Positions 27,289 to 36,701 of a stretch of 64,000 nt of DNA are shown in pieces. The notes beneath the pieces were generated by a model, which had not been told where the DNA came from, searched no databases, and saw only the letters and a list, made by a program, of their open reading frames with translations. The stretch comes from a virus (Duplodnaviria; Heunggongvirae; Uroviricota; Caudoviricetes). Both the position numbers and the translations under genes were made by a program. The stretch lies in IMG/VR virus record IMGVR_UViG_3300011008_000020. One strand, written 5' to 3'. The first letter of the stretch is position 1. Each line of letters opens with the position of its first letter.

Positions 27289-27851
27289 TCCCGCTCACCT
27301 CGCAGTGGGTCGGCGTCATCGACATAACACCAGCTTTGCGGAGCGCGGGTCATGCCCGTATACACCGTCCGACCTTCTTCGTTGAACGTAAACCGGCTCG
27401 AACCCGTACAGAAGTCGCTCAGTGGGTAGGGCTTCTTGTAGACCTTGAGCTCTGAAATGTGCAAGCCATAGAGCCCAAGAATATACGGCTTGAAATCTTT
27501 GGATGTTGCGGAGTGCTCGTACTTGCGAAGCTCGTCTATCGTGAGGCACGAACCAGCAATCATGGCTTCATCCGAAATATCGCAAAAGCCATTCTTCCAT
27601 CCCGTCACCGTCGTGAACTGATAGATTTTGTCGCAGATGAATTCCAGGACGATAGCGCCGCGCCCCTTGAAGATCATGTGTCCGTCCTCGTCCTGCCAGG
27701 GCGTTTCTGTCGGGCCTTGCGTCTCGTAGACAAAGCACTTGAACGGCGGGTCTTGCTTTGGCCTGGTCTTTCTGACCTCGATCTCCTTCCGGCCCGCTTC
27801 GATCTCTCTGACGTAACGCGGGCGGATGCTCAACATGATGTTCTGATTCAT
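27285..27851 (-). CDS. ASCH domain protein
   Basis: MLSIRPRYVREIEAGRKEIEVRK is ASCH/PUA-like. Confidence 0.6.
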   Translation of the reverse strand: MNQNIMLSIRPRYVREIEAGRKEIEVRKTRPKQDPPFKCFVYETQGPTETPWQDEDGHMIFKGRGAIVLEFICDKIYQFTTVTGWKNGFCDISDEAMIAGSCLTIDELRKYEHSATSKDFKPYILGLYGLHISELKVYKKPYPLSDFCTGSSRFTFNEEGRTVYTGMTRAPQSWCYVDDADPLRGERE

Positions 27852-28084
27852 TCTCCCAACCTCGAAAGCGCCTTGATGCGCTCGTCGTAGGTGTGGACGC
27901 GGCGCATATGAATCTCGCGCTTCTTCCCGTAATACTTCGTGAGAGCTTCCTTTGCCTCACCGGCGTCGTAGTGGTAGTGCTTTGATACCGGCGCAAGTGG
28001 CTCTACCGAGTAGAGGGCGAAACTGACATCACTGTACGGTACGCCGATCAGTTCAGCGATTTCCTTCTGGGTATATGTCTTCAT
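27848..28084 (-). CDS. small HTH protein
   Basis: RBS GGAGGACAAC then MKTYTQKEIAELIGVPYSDV. Confidence 0.5.
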   Translation of the reverse strand: MKTYTQKEIAELIGVPYSDVSFALYSVEPLAPVSKHYHYDAGEAKEALTKYYGKKREIHMRRVHTYDERIKALSRLGE

Positions 28085-28139
28085 GTGGTTGTCCTCCATT
28101 CCCGCGCCCGTCATAGCGGGCGCGGGCGACGTTCTTGCG

Positions 28140-29044
28140 TTACTGTTCCTGGGATTCAACCGCGTCAGGCGCAGCCTGAATGATCGGCATGGCACTGTCA
28201 GAACCGACGTAGGTGCCCGGCAGCTTGCCGTCCCAGTTCTGCGCCTGCACATAGTCAATGAGGCTTTGGGTGATGGAATCAGAGAGCTTCTGGTTTGCCT
28301 CTGCTTCCGCCTCTGCCTGCACCTTGATCTCGTAGGCTTTCGCGTCCGCTTCGGTGCGCGTCACGTCTGCTGCGGCCTCTGCCGCGATCTTCTTGCGCTG
28401 CGCCTCCTGTTGGGCCTCCATCGTCTGTTGCTCCTGCTGGGTTCTGGCCCGCTGGGCTTCCTGCGTGGCGACCTGTTTGGCCTCGACGGCGCTCTCGAAG
28501 GCGTCAGTGAAGTCAATGTTCTCGATGGAGATCGCCGTGGCCGTGATGCCATAGGGTTCCAAGTCGCGCTTCATCAATTCAAGCACTTCGGAGGAAAGGG
28601 TCTCCCGGCTGGCGATCAGGCTTTCGGCGGTGTAGTTGGAAACGACGACCTTGACGTTTTCGTTCACGCGAGGGGAAATCAGCGTTGCGAAGTAATCGCC
28701 GCTGATCGTCTTGTAGAGCGTGTTCGCCGCCTCCGGCGTGACATTGTAATTGATCGAGACGAAAAGCGTGACCTGCTGGATGTCGGACGAGAACGCGACG
28801 ACCTCGCCGTCTCTGATCTGTGTTCGGACGTTGATCGGATGCACCTGATCGAAGTAGCCCGTCACATGGAATCCAGCAGGCAGCACGCCATCCTTGATCT
28901 TGCCAAAGTGGGTAATCACGCCCACGTAGCCGCTGTCCACCTTGGCGAAGAAGCCGTAGGTCGGCATGAAAATGTCCACGATGAACAGAACGACGCAGAT
29001 GACAAGCAGAACGACGGCAGCAGCCTTAATGTAGTCTCTCATAG
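28140..29044 (-). CDS. SPFH/band-7 (prohibitin/HflC-like) membrane protein
   Basis: Strong RBS AAGGAGAG; N-terminal TM (AAAVVLLVICVVLFIV) then SPFH core; coiled-coil Q/A/E-rich C-terminus. Confidence 0.7.
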
Positions 29045-29124
29045 ATAATCTCTCCTTCTTTCGGTTCTTGTGCTTCTTGGTGTTCCGTGCAAAGAATATC
29101 TCGTCCTGATACATTTTCCCCTCC

Positions 29125-29334
29125 TTATTCAGCCATCTCACGTGAGATGTTAGCCTTTGTCTGGCGTAGCATATCGAGCCGCTCCTCGATATGGGAAATC
29201 CGGGCGTTGTATTCCGCAGTTAGGGTTCTCTTTTCGATACACAGCCTTGCGATCTCGTTGTTGATGTCAGTAATCAGTTCAAAGCCGGTTTTCATCCGAA
29301 CTAAGTCTTCCATTGTGCAATCCTCATTCGTCAT
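29125..29334 (-). CDS. small coiled-coil protein
   Basis: 69 aa ORF. Confidence 0.45.
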   Translation of the reverse strand: MTNEDCTMEDLVRMKTGFELITDINNEIARLCIEKRTLTAEYNARISHIEERLDMLRQTKANISREMAE

Positions 29335-29623
29335 CAGCGAACACGACTTTCATGTAGAGTGATTCTGACGGCTTTTTGTAAACCTTGTCTACGGTCACGC
29401 AGACGCCATCCGCCGCCGTCTTGCAGATGTCCGTGATGGTATAATTGGCTTCGTCGTCCTCGAAGGTGCGGCCTTTGATGCCAAGCGGGTCGAGATCGTC
29501 AACCATTTTCGACATCCACAGATCATGCATGGACGTGGACAACTCACGAATGAAGCGATGCCTGCGCAGCTTTGTCAGCAGTCGCCTCCGGGTGCGCATG
29601 ATCTTCATTCTGTGCCTCCCCAC
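29324..29623 (-). CDS. hypothetical protein
   Basis: ORF. Confidence 0.4.
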   Translation of the reverse strand: MGRHRMKIMRTRRRLLTKLRRHRFIRELSTSMHDLWMSKMVDDLDPLGIKGRTFEDDEANYTITDICKTAADGVCVTVDKVYKKPSESLYMKVVFADDE

Positions 29624-30066
29624 GCTACGGCGTTCCTCTGGTCAAAGTCCGGCTTCAACGTCCAGCAGCGCCAGCGGATGTTGTACTCGGATTCATACGC
29701 GCATATTGTCGTCCCTCTGGCCGTCACAAACCGGCGCTGGTAGCCGAGAGCGTTGTGGTGCGTTGTCTCGATGTGGATGCCGGGCAGAATCGTGAACTTG
29801 CCCTTGTCCTCAAGCCACACGAATTGCCAGCCAGCCATTTCATCCAGTTGCAGGACGCGGGGCTGCGTCAGCTCGCGGAGAATAGAAAGTGTTTCGATAA
29901 ACATGGTGTCCAAACAGTCCCCGTGGCCTACCGGCACTTCCCTTTTACCCTCAAAAGGACAATTCTCATTCGAGCTTACACAGACAGCTTCATACCTGTC
30001 TCCGATCTTTTTGCAGCAATGCTCCAAGCCGTCGATGACGCGGTTCAGCTTCTCCAAGTCCTTCAT
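29605..30066 (-). CDS. hypothetical protein, C-terminal WRCW-motif family (paralog 1)
   Basis: C-terminal ...NIRWRCWTLKPDF; similar tails in 44026-44373 and 44420-44893. Confidence 0.5.
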   Translation of the reverse strand: MKDLEKLNRVIDGLEHCCKKIGDRYEAVCVSSNENCPFEGKREVPVGHGDCLDTMFIETLSILRELTQPRVLQLDEMAGWQFVWLEDKGKFTILPGIHIETTHHNALGYQRRFVTARGTTICAYESEYNIRWRCWTLKPDFDQRNAVAWGGTE

Positions 30067-30779
30067 GTCGTTTCCTCCCACTTTGCCGCCCTTCTATATT
30101 CGGGTCTCGGCATCGCCGTCCATAAACGGAATGTCTTGTTGTACTCGTCCTTCCATTCAGTGAGATCGGCGTTGTCGGCGTGCATCATGCCAATGCCGTT
30201 GTTCAACGTCCATGTAATGAGCACGGGCTTGATTATGGAATCAATGAACTCGTCACTTCCATCGACTCGATATTCAAGATAGGCAAAATCAAATTCGCCA
30301 GCCTCGATTTCTTGCAACGACATGACGCGAGGAATCTGTTCCTCGTTGTTTATATCAAGCCTTCGCCGCCAAGACATCATGTTGGTATACCATGCGGTAA
30401 TCACACGAAGTTCAGAAGGGCCGAAGGTAAGTTTTGCAACCGTGTCTTCCGAACCATTCCATTCTCGGAAATATTGTGCGATCTTCTTGAGAACGCCAGT
30501 TCTGTCCGCTCTCTCCTGTTCTTCTTTTTGATGCCGATGCAAGTTGCTGACCTCACGCCAATTCCTGACGACGAAATCGTCATCATCCCTCGCAGGGCTG
30601 CGCATCTGCAGGCCGCAGTTCGGACAGAAGATTCGGTGCACACGGGGGAAGGTCTCGCCATTCATGGCGACCTCAAGAATATCTCGGTATGCCTCACTGC
30701 CACAGAAGCATTTGATTCCGGCTTTCACAGCTTCACCGACGCGGCGCTCGCGATGCCAGTCGTCCTTTTTGTTTGCCAT
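30063..30779 (-). CDS. hypothetical protein with N-terminal zinc ribbon
   Basis: MANKKDD...CFCGSEAY...CPNCG. Confidence 0.5.
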   Translation of the reverse strand: MANKKDDWHRERRVGEAVKAGIKCFCGSEAYRDILEVAMNGETFPRVHRIFCPNCGLQMRSPARDDDDFVVRNWREVSNLHRHQKEEQERADRTGVLKKIAQYFREWNGSEDTVAKLTFGPSELRVITAWYTNMMSWRRRLDINNEEQIPRVMSLQEIEAGEFDFAYLEYRVDGSDEFIDSIIKPVLITWTLNNGIGMMHADNADLTEWKDEYNKTFRLWTAMPRPEYRRAAKWEETT

Positions 30780-30845
30780 TATCTCACTTCCTTCAAAGCA
30801 TGGTAGCCTTCCGCTCAACACTCGCTGAGCGGAAGGCGGCAGGGT

Positions 30846-31223
30846 TTATTCCAGTTCGGCCAGCATCTTCTTGAGGTCTTCCTCGGAGGCGGAGTTCAGG
30901 GCCTCGTCCTGCTTCTTGGCGATGGCATCCATGATGCGGCGCTTCTTCTCAGCGTTCTCGGTGGCCCGGCGACGCGCAGCGGCCTCTTCCTTCTTGACGT
31001 TGAAGATGTACTTCACGATCTCGATCTTGTTCGTGGTTTCCTCGTCGGGCTTGTTCTCGGCGAGCAGGGATTCCTCGCCGCTGACCTTGATCTCCTTGTT
31101 GAGGGCCTTGAATACGGCGTCGAGCTGTGCGGGCGTCAAATCCCACAGATTCTCGACATCCAGCATGCCCTTGTAGTTGAAGCGGTACTTCTCGCGGGTT
31201 GCGATTGCGAACAGATTATCCAT
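30846..31223 (-). CDS. hypothetical protein
   Basis: 125 aa ORF. Confidence 0.5.
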   Translation of the reverse strand: MDNLFAIATREKYRFNYKGMLDVENLWDLTPAQLDAVFKALNKEIKVSGEESLLAENKPDEETTNKIEIVKYIFNVKKEEAAARRRATENAEKKRRIMDAIAKKQDEALNSASEEDLKKMLAELE

Positions 31224-31243
31224 GATTTCGTCCTCCTTTGATA

Positions 31244-31645
31244 TTAAGTGTTCACGATGGGCCAGATTTGCTGCGGCGGTTTTCCATAACCATCGCGCAC
31301 ATCAATCTTGTCCTCGTAAATCATCATGCTGGTCTTGAACGGGAAGTTGTGAGGGCTTATTCCGGCATGCTGCGCTGCGGAGAGGAGCACTCCTTCCGGG
31401 CCGTAGTCGCTGCAAAGATAGTCTATACTGTGTCTCCCGTCATTCTCGGCAGTGAGTTTCTCGACAAGCGCTTCCTTGAATTTGTCGAGTGCCTCCTGGT
31501 CTACCGGCTCATTGAGCATGTCGGCCATCATCATACCCAAGAAGCCTTCCGGGCTGTGATCTCCGTTGTCGTGGTACTGGTGGCCGTCAATCTTGCTGGC
31601 CCACCATTCGGCTGCAGCTTTGGCAATCTCTTGGCTGATCTTCAC
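31244..31645 (-). CDS. hypothetical protein
   Basis: 133 aa ORF. Confidence 0.5.
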   Translation of the reverse strand: MKISQEIAKAAAEWWASKIDGHQYHDNGDHSPEGFLGMMMADMLNEPVDQEALDKFKEALVEKLTAENDGRHSIDYLCSDYGPEGVLLSAAQHAGISPHNFPFKTSMMIYEDKIDVRDGYGKPPQQIWPIVNT

Positions 31646-31658
31646 GCCTGCTTCCTCC

Positions 31659-33731
31659 TTAGAATTCGATCTTCATCACGCGCTCGGTGCTGCCCTTGAC
31701 ACGCACGATCATGTCGTTGCGCTTGGTGGAGCTGAACCCGACGCCGGAAAGCTGGTCTTCCGTGTCGGCCACCGCCATCTTCGAGCCGAGCGCTTCAAAG
31801 ATGCGTTTGTGCTCCATCAGCTCGTTGCGCAGGAACTCGTTGTAGAACCCGTTGGGGCGCTCCGGGTTCGTGCAGCCCTTGAGCATGAACATGTAATGCT
31901 TGTGGCCGATGCCCTGCTGCTCGTCCCAGTAGTTCGGGCTGTACATGACGACGCTGACAGGTGAGAACTGATTGGTCTTGATGCCCCAGATGTCGCGGGA
32001 GCTGACGTTGGACGGCAAGGATTCCTCGATGGTGAAGTTGCCGTTTTCGTCCAGCGTCACGGTGGCGACGGCGACCATCTGGTTCTGTCTCATGGGCTGG
32101 CGGTAGTCGTAGCCGAAAATCTTTCCGTCAAACTCGATCTCCGCCCGGAAGCCGCCCCTTCCGCCACGGAAAGTGAAGCAGTGGACGGCGAACTGGTACG
32201 TGCCGGGAATCATCCGTTCTTTGGTCGGCCACGTGATGTTTTCGACAGCAGCCTTGCCGGGGACGGGGTTGATGATGTCGATGTCCAGATTTCCGCCAGT
32301 CCTGTGCGACAGCTTGTCAGCATAGTAGATGTGCTTGCCGCCGCCCGGTTCCATGCAGTGCGCATCCAGATCGTTGTCGTCCTGCTCGTCATCATTCCAC
32401 TGGATGGAGAAGCGCAGCACGCCCTCGACGTTGCCGCCAGCGTTCTTGACGTTCTGGCGGATGTCGCTGTCCGTCATGTTGCCGGAGTAGGCCCACGAGA
32501 ATCCATTGTTCCACTTGAACATGGTCTTGGCGTCTGGGATGACCGGCGCGATCAGGGAGACCATATTCGATGCGTGCCGGGATTCGAGGAAGGCGTCGAT
32601 CTCGCGGGCGCTGGGGATGACGTCTGCGATGAACTTTTCAATCCCGATGCTTTCCACGCGGGAGAACTGCTTCGGATTGATTTTCTCGGCCTCCTGCATC
32701 ATCTGGTCGAACACGTTTCCGCCTCCGACGATGCGCCTCGCCGCGTCCTTGTTGGAGAACAGGATGTTGTTCACCGTGATGTCGTCCAGCGTGGCGAACC
32801 GGCGCGGCAGGGAATCCATGTAGCCAAGCTCCTGAACGGTCTGCTTTGCCTGTTCCAGCATCTTCTTGGTGAAGATCGCCTTCGGGCGCTTGTAGTTGGC
32901 GGGTGCGACGATCTTCTCATAGCGCCGGACGGCTTCGTCCAGCTCCACGCCCTCGCTGACGTCCGTCAGAAGGGTGCCGATGGAGTGGTTGCGAATCCGA
33001 CCGAGCACCGGGCCGACCGTCTCGGCCATCGCCCAGCAGTAGTTTCCACGCAGGTCTTCGGGGATTCCCTCATAGGCGAACTTGTGCTGCCGCAGCTTTT
33101 CGATGGTTCCGAGCCATTCCGCGCCCTTGTACAGCGTGTTGGAGCGAATCAACTCCAACACGGCGTCGATGGCCTCCAAGCTGATTTCGTTCAGGGAGCG
33201 CATGAAAACATTGCGCGTGTCGCGGAAGTGTGCCTTCTTCCTGTCAATCGAGACGTGCTCTCTCGCATCTGCAGGAGTAAAGACAAATCGCTGGGGCAGG
33301 TACAGGGAGAAATGGTGGTAGGTCTCGACGTCCCAAGTCTTGGGGTTGCAGTATTCCGTCCACTTCTCGCCGACTTCTTCTTTGTGGTACACGAACGGGC
33401 CGACGATCTCGCAGGTGGAAACATACGCGGCCAGCGCATCCATGACGGGCTGGAAGGTGTCGTCCTCGATGTCGAACTCAAAGATGGAACGCATCTTGAG
33501 GTCGTCGTCGAAGTAGACCACGCCGCCAATGTCCTTGATGAAGTGGCGGCAGCAGGAGCAGTCGTACTCGCGCCGCGTGCGGTAGATCAGATTCGTCCCC
33601 TCCGGGAAGCTGTTGATGTAGACGTCCCACAGCTTGTCGCGCTCGGCATTCGTCTCGAACAGCGACCTGCCTTCCGTGACGCGCTCGAAGTGGTCAGCCA
33701 GCTTTTGTCTCAGGTGAATAAACTCATTCAT
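31659..33731 (-). CDS. large hypothetical protein (about 690 aa), possible AEP primase-polymerase-like N-terminus
   Basis: GAGGAGG RBS then MNEFIHL. N-terminal YFDDD ... about 60 aa ... TYHHFSLY could be AEP motifs I/II. No Walker A. Confidence 0.45.
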   Translation of the reverse strand: MNEFIHLRQKLADHFERVTEGRSLFETNAERDKLWDVYINSFPEGTNLIYRTRREYDCSCCRHFIKDIGGVVYFDDDLKMRSIFEFDIEDDTFQPVMDALAAYVSTCEIVGPFVYHKEEVGEKWTEYCNPKTWDVETYHHFSLYLPQRFVFTPADAREHVSIDRKKAHFRDTRNVFMRSLNEISLEAIDAVLELIRSNTLYKGAEWLGTIEKLRQHKFAYEGIPEDLRGNYCWAMAETVGPVLGRIRNHSIGTLLTDVSEGVELDEAVRRYEKIVAPANYKRPKAIFTKKMLEQAKQTVQELGYMDSLPRRFATLDDITVNNILFSNKDAARRIVGGGNVFDQMMQEAEKINPKQFSRVESIGIEKFIADVIPSAREIDAFLESRHASNMVSLIAPVIPDAKTMFKWNNGFSWAYSGNMTDSDIRQNVKNAGGNVEGVLRFSIQWNDDEQDDNDLDAHCMEPGGGKHIYYADKLSHRTGGNLDIDIINPVPGKAAVENITWPTKERMIPGTYQFAVHCFTFRGGRGGFRAEIEFDGKIFGYDYRQPMRQNQMVAVATVTLDENGNFTIEESLPSNVSSRDIWGIKTNQFSPVSVVMYSPNYWDEQQGIGHKHYMFMLKGCTNPERPNGFYNEFLRNELMEHKRIFEALGSKMAVADTEDQLSGVGFSSTKRNDMIVRVKGSTERVMKIEF

Positions 33732-33743
33732 GTGCATCCTCCT

Positions 33744-34145
33744 CTATTTCTGTTGCGGGGCCTCCAATTCAGATTTGACCCAGCTTGTTCCGCTCGCCTT
33801 GTCGTGCAGGGTGATCGCCTCGATGGTGAAACCCTGCATCCGGCAGATCATGGTGCAGATCGTGAACAACGTCCGCGCCATCTTGAGAAGCGCCTGATCA
33901 TGTGGCTTGGGCTTCGGAGCAGCCTGCGTCTGCTTTGGTTTCGCCCTTGCCGCCTTGTGCTCAACCTGAATGAAGGTCGTGCCTCCGAGCTTGTCGGGCA
34001 GCTTCTTTGTGGGCGCTGGCGGCGCTGGCGCTTTCCTGCTTTGGCGCATGATGTTGTTGATTGCAGCGCCAGCCGTGCCGTCGTTGTAGCCCTCATGGTT
34101 TGTCCAACTCTCGTTGACGGTGTGGTCACGTTGAAGGCCGCTCAT
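33744..34145 (-). CDS. hypothetical protein
   Basis: 133 aa ORF. Confidence 0.45.
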   Translation of the reverse strand: MSGLQRDHTVNESWTNHEGYNDGTAGAAINNIMRQSRKAPAPPAPTKKLPDKLGGTTFIQVEHKAARAKPKQTQAAPKPKPHDQALLKMARTLFTICTMICRMQGFTIEAITLHDKASGTSWVKSELEAPQQK

Positions 34146-35236
34146 GTGATACCTCCCGTCCTGATGGTTCTGTCAAGCTCGCAATACTTGATGCCTGCGA
34201 GCGTGTGCTCCCGGCTCTCTGTGTACCAGTTGTTCTGGCACATCCGAGCGTGTACCGATCTCGGCAGCGCATACAGATTATCCGGGTCGAAGTTGCGGCT
34301 GTTGCCGTCGAGGAACACCACTATCCAGCCTTTGGGAATCGGCCCGTGATGCTGTTCGTAGATGTACCTGTGCTTCGGCATCCAGTTCGCTTTGCGCTTC
34401 TTGTAGGTATGAACACCATCTATGGGCTTGTCCGCGATCTTCACCGAGATATATCCGTTCAGGTTTGATTCGTGGCCTACCTCTTTTGTCGTTGGGCCGA
34501 TCTGTCCCTTCTGGAATTGACCATTGCCGCCAGTGCGATTGAAGCCGAGGCGCTTGGCGCACAGTTCACCGATTGTGGCTCTATGAGTGTGTGTTCCAAA
34601 ATTGACGTTGACGCGCCTTGCGATCTCCGCATAGGTCATGTCTGTCGGCAGGCTTTTGATGAATGATACGATTTCATCCGTGAAGCGGGTCTTCCCGGAA
34701 ATCGGCGCGTGGCTCCTGTCCACCTTGAGTTTCTTCATCCGAGCGATCAAAGCGTTGTATGTCTTGGATGCTCCAAACCGCTCATTGAAAGCCTCGATCA
34801 GACGCGGCACGTCCATCTTGCCGCCATGTTCCATCAGCCACGCATCCTGCTCGTCGCTGTACTCCGGGGGATTGCCGTAGCGCACGCCCACGCAGCGGTG
34901 CATCGCGTCGATGACAGACTTCTCGGTGCGGTCGCTGCCGAAGCGGTCGCAGAACACCTTGTAGAACTCGCCGTTGGTGCTGCATCGGCTCGCGGCGTCT
35001 CGCATGAAGTCAAGCTGCTCGTCGGTGAATGAGAATGGCCTGCTGCTCTTTCCGCTCTTGAATCCGTTCTTGCGGCAGAATACCTCGATGGCGTGCGTCA
35101 TTATCGACGTTCCAAACCGGGCGTTGAACGCCGCCGTGGTCTGCGGGAAGTTCATGGTTTTCAAGCACTCCGCAAGGAAGGCTGTTTCTTCCTCACTGTA
35201 CCTATGGTAGTTCGTTCTCGGCTGGCCCTTCCTCAC
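34142..35236 (-). CDS. HNH endonuclease with N-terminal repeated HTH-like modules
   Basis: C-terminal HRYIYEQHHGPIPKGWIVVFLDGNSRNFDPDNL is an HNH_3 motif. Confidence 0.7.
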   Translation of the reverse strand: MRKGQPRTNYHRYSEEETAFLAECLKTMNFPQTTAAFNARFGTSIMTHAIEVFCRKNGFKSGKSSRPFSFTDEQLDFMRDAASRCSTNGEFYKVFCDRFGSDRTEKSVIDAMHRCVGVRYGNPPEYSDEQDAWLMEHGGKMDVPRLIEAFNERFGASKTYNALIARMKKLKVDRSHAPISGKTRFTDEIVSFIKSLPTDMTYAEIARRVNVNFGTHTHRATIGELCAKRLGFNRTGGNGQFQKGQIGPTTKEVGHESNLNGYISVKIADKPIDGVHTYKKRKANWMPKHRYIYEQHHGPIPKGWIVVFLDGNSRNFDPDNLYALPRSVHARMCQNNWYTESREHTLAGIKYCELDRTIRTGGIT

Positions 35237-35238
35237 GG

Positions 35239-35484
35239 CTACTCACCCACCAGCTTGCTGATGGCGTCGTCCTTGCCGATCTTACCATCGGCCTGAAGCT
35301 TGTCCTTGCGCAGCACGACGTCGGCGTTGTTGACCATCTGCTTCGCCAGTCTGGCGATGGCCTCCGCTCGTCCATAGACCCGCTTGACCTCCTCCGGGTC
35401 TGCCTCCGCGCCGCTGATCTTCATGTCGTGCACGGCCTTGATGTTCTCCCCGAGGATTCCCTGCAGCTCGATCAGTGTCATCAT
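35239..35484 (-). CDS. hypothetical protein (81 aa)
   Basis: ORF. Confidence 0.45.
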   Translation of the reverse strand: MMTLIELQGILGENIKAVHDMKISGAEADPEEVKRVYGRAEAIARLAKQMVNNADVVLRKDKLQADGKIGKDDAISKLVGE

Positions 35485-35555
35485 TAATTACGCCTCCTTA
35501 ATGATCACAGACATTCTAATAGTCTTATTGTTTCCCGCCCCATAATGGGGCGAGA

Positions 35556-36146
35556 TTAAAGATTTTCGATTTTGAAAGCCGGGCGCACGGCAAAGACGCT
35601 CGAGGCGAGCCTGCCGTTCGCGCAGCCGTACCTGCCGACAACGCACGCCCCGGTCGCGGAGGAGACGTCACGCAGCCCGTTTTGGAGCCAGTACCACGCC
35701 GTGACTCCATTATGACCACAGAGCGCAATGCGATTACGCCGGAGCTTCATGGGCTCCCACTGTGTCACGTTTTCCAGCTCCTTGACGCCATACTTGTTCT
35801 CGCCGAAGATTTCCTTCTCGGTAGGGATGCGCAGCAGATCGCCATTTTCAAAAGGAATCATCCGAGAACGAATCTCGTCCGGGAAGCGCTTGATGACTTC
35901 CTCGTTTAACGTCGCTCTGAGCGTGCTGGCATCATAGCTGTAGCGCTTTGCGCCGCTCTCGTCGAGGGGATACTCTTTCTCAAAGCAATCCACAGCACAA
36001 AAGATCACGCCGTCCGCTTCTTCCTTCACGGCCATAGCTTCCATGTGTTCGCCGTCCAGCAAGTCGAATGCGATCACGTCACCGATGTCGAAAGCCTTAC
36101 CCATGCTGTCCAAGCCGTCATACTCCACCACAGTCCTACAAATCAT
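35556..36146 (-). CDS. hypothetical protein
   Basis: 196 aa ORF. Confidence 0.5.
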   Translation of the reverse strand: MICRTVVEYDGLDSMGKAFDIGDVIAFDLLDGEHMEAMAVKEEADGVIFCAVDCFEKEYPLDESGAKRYSYDASTLRATLNEEVIKRFPDEIRSRMIPFENGDLLRIPTEKEIFGENKYGVKELENVTQWEPMKLRRNRIALCGHNGVTAWYWLQNGLRDVSSATGACVVGRYGCANGRLASSVFAVRPAFKIENL

Positions 36147-36193
36147 GTTGATACCTCCTTAGTGTGATTGATATGTGAATCGGCTGATTGCCG

Positions 36194-36552
36194 TCACTGT
36201 CCAGTGTTCATCTGCGTAGGCAAGGACGCAGCTTTGCAGTAGATGTCGTAGTCCTCATATTCGACCAGCACCGTGTCCCACCGCCTATTCTTACGGCACA
36301 GGTCAGTGCTCATTTTGACAGGGGTTGGATTGATGATCTCGAACTCAGGCTCATATCCGCCGAGCGTGAAGAAATCGTCTTTTGCGTACCTTTCCGCTCG
36401 TTCGAGGTATTCTGTATAGCCGCCAAACCTGCGTTTTTCATCGTCCGCACTCGGACGTTCGCTACCCCACAGGACGCAAGGCTTTCCAAACTTCCATCCG
36501 GCTTTGGTGTGCTTTATGCTGATCGCTACATACTTGCGTTCAGGATTCACGG
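36194..36552 (-). CDS. hypothetical protein (GTG start)
   Basis: AAGGAGG 6 nt upstream of GTG; VNPERKYVAISIKH. Confidence 0.45.
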
Positions 36553-36690
36553 TCTGCCTCCTTCGGCATGTATGCCTCGAAAATCGCCTTGCCGAGAACC
36601 ACCATACCGGCGAATCCACCGACGATCATAATGTTTCCAATGGCCTGTGTGTACACGCTCATGGCTTTGTAGATTTCCGTGATGCTCATG
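36541..36690 (-). CDS. small membrane protein (49 aa; absent from ORF track)
   Basis: RBS GGGAGG then MSITEIYKAMSVYTQAIGNIMIVGGFAGMVVLG. Confidence 0.4.
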
Positions 36691-36701
36691 TGTGCCTCCC
36701 G

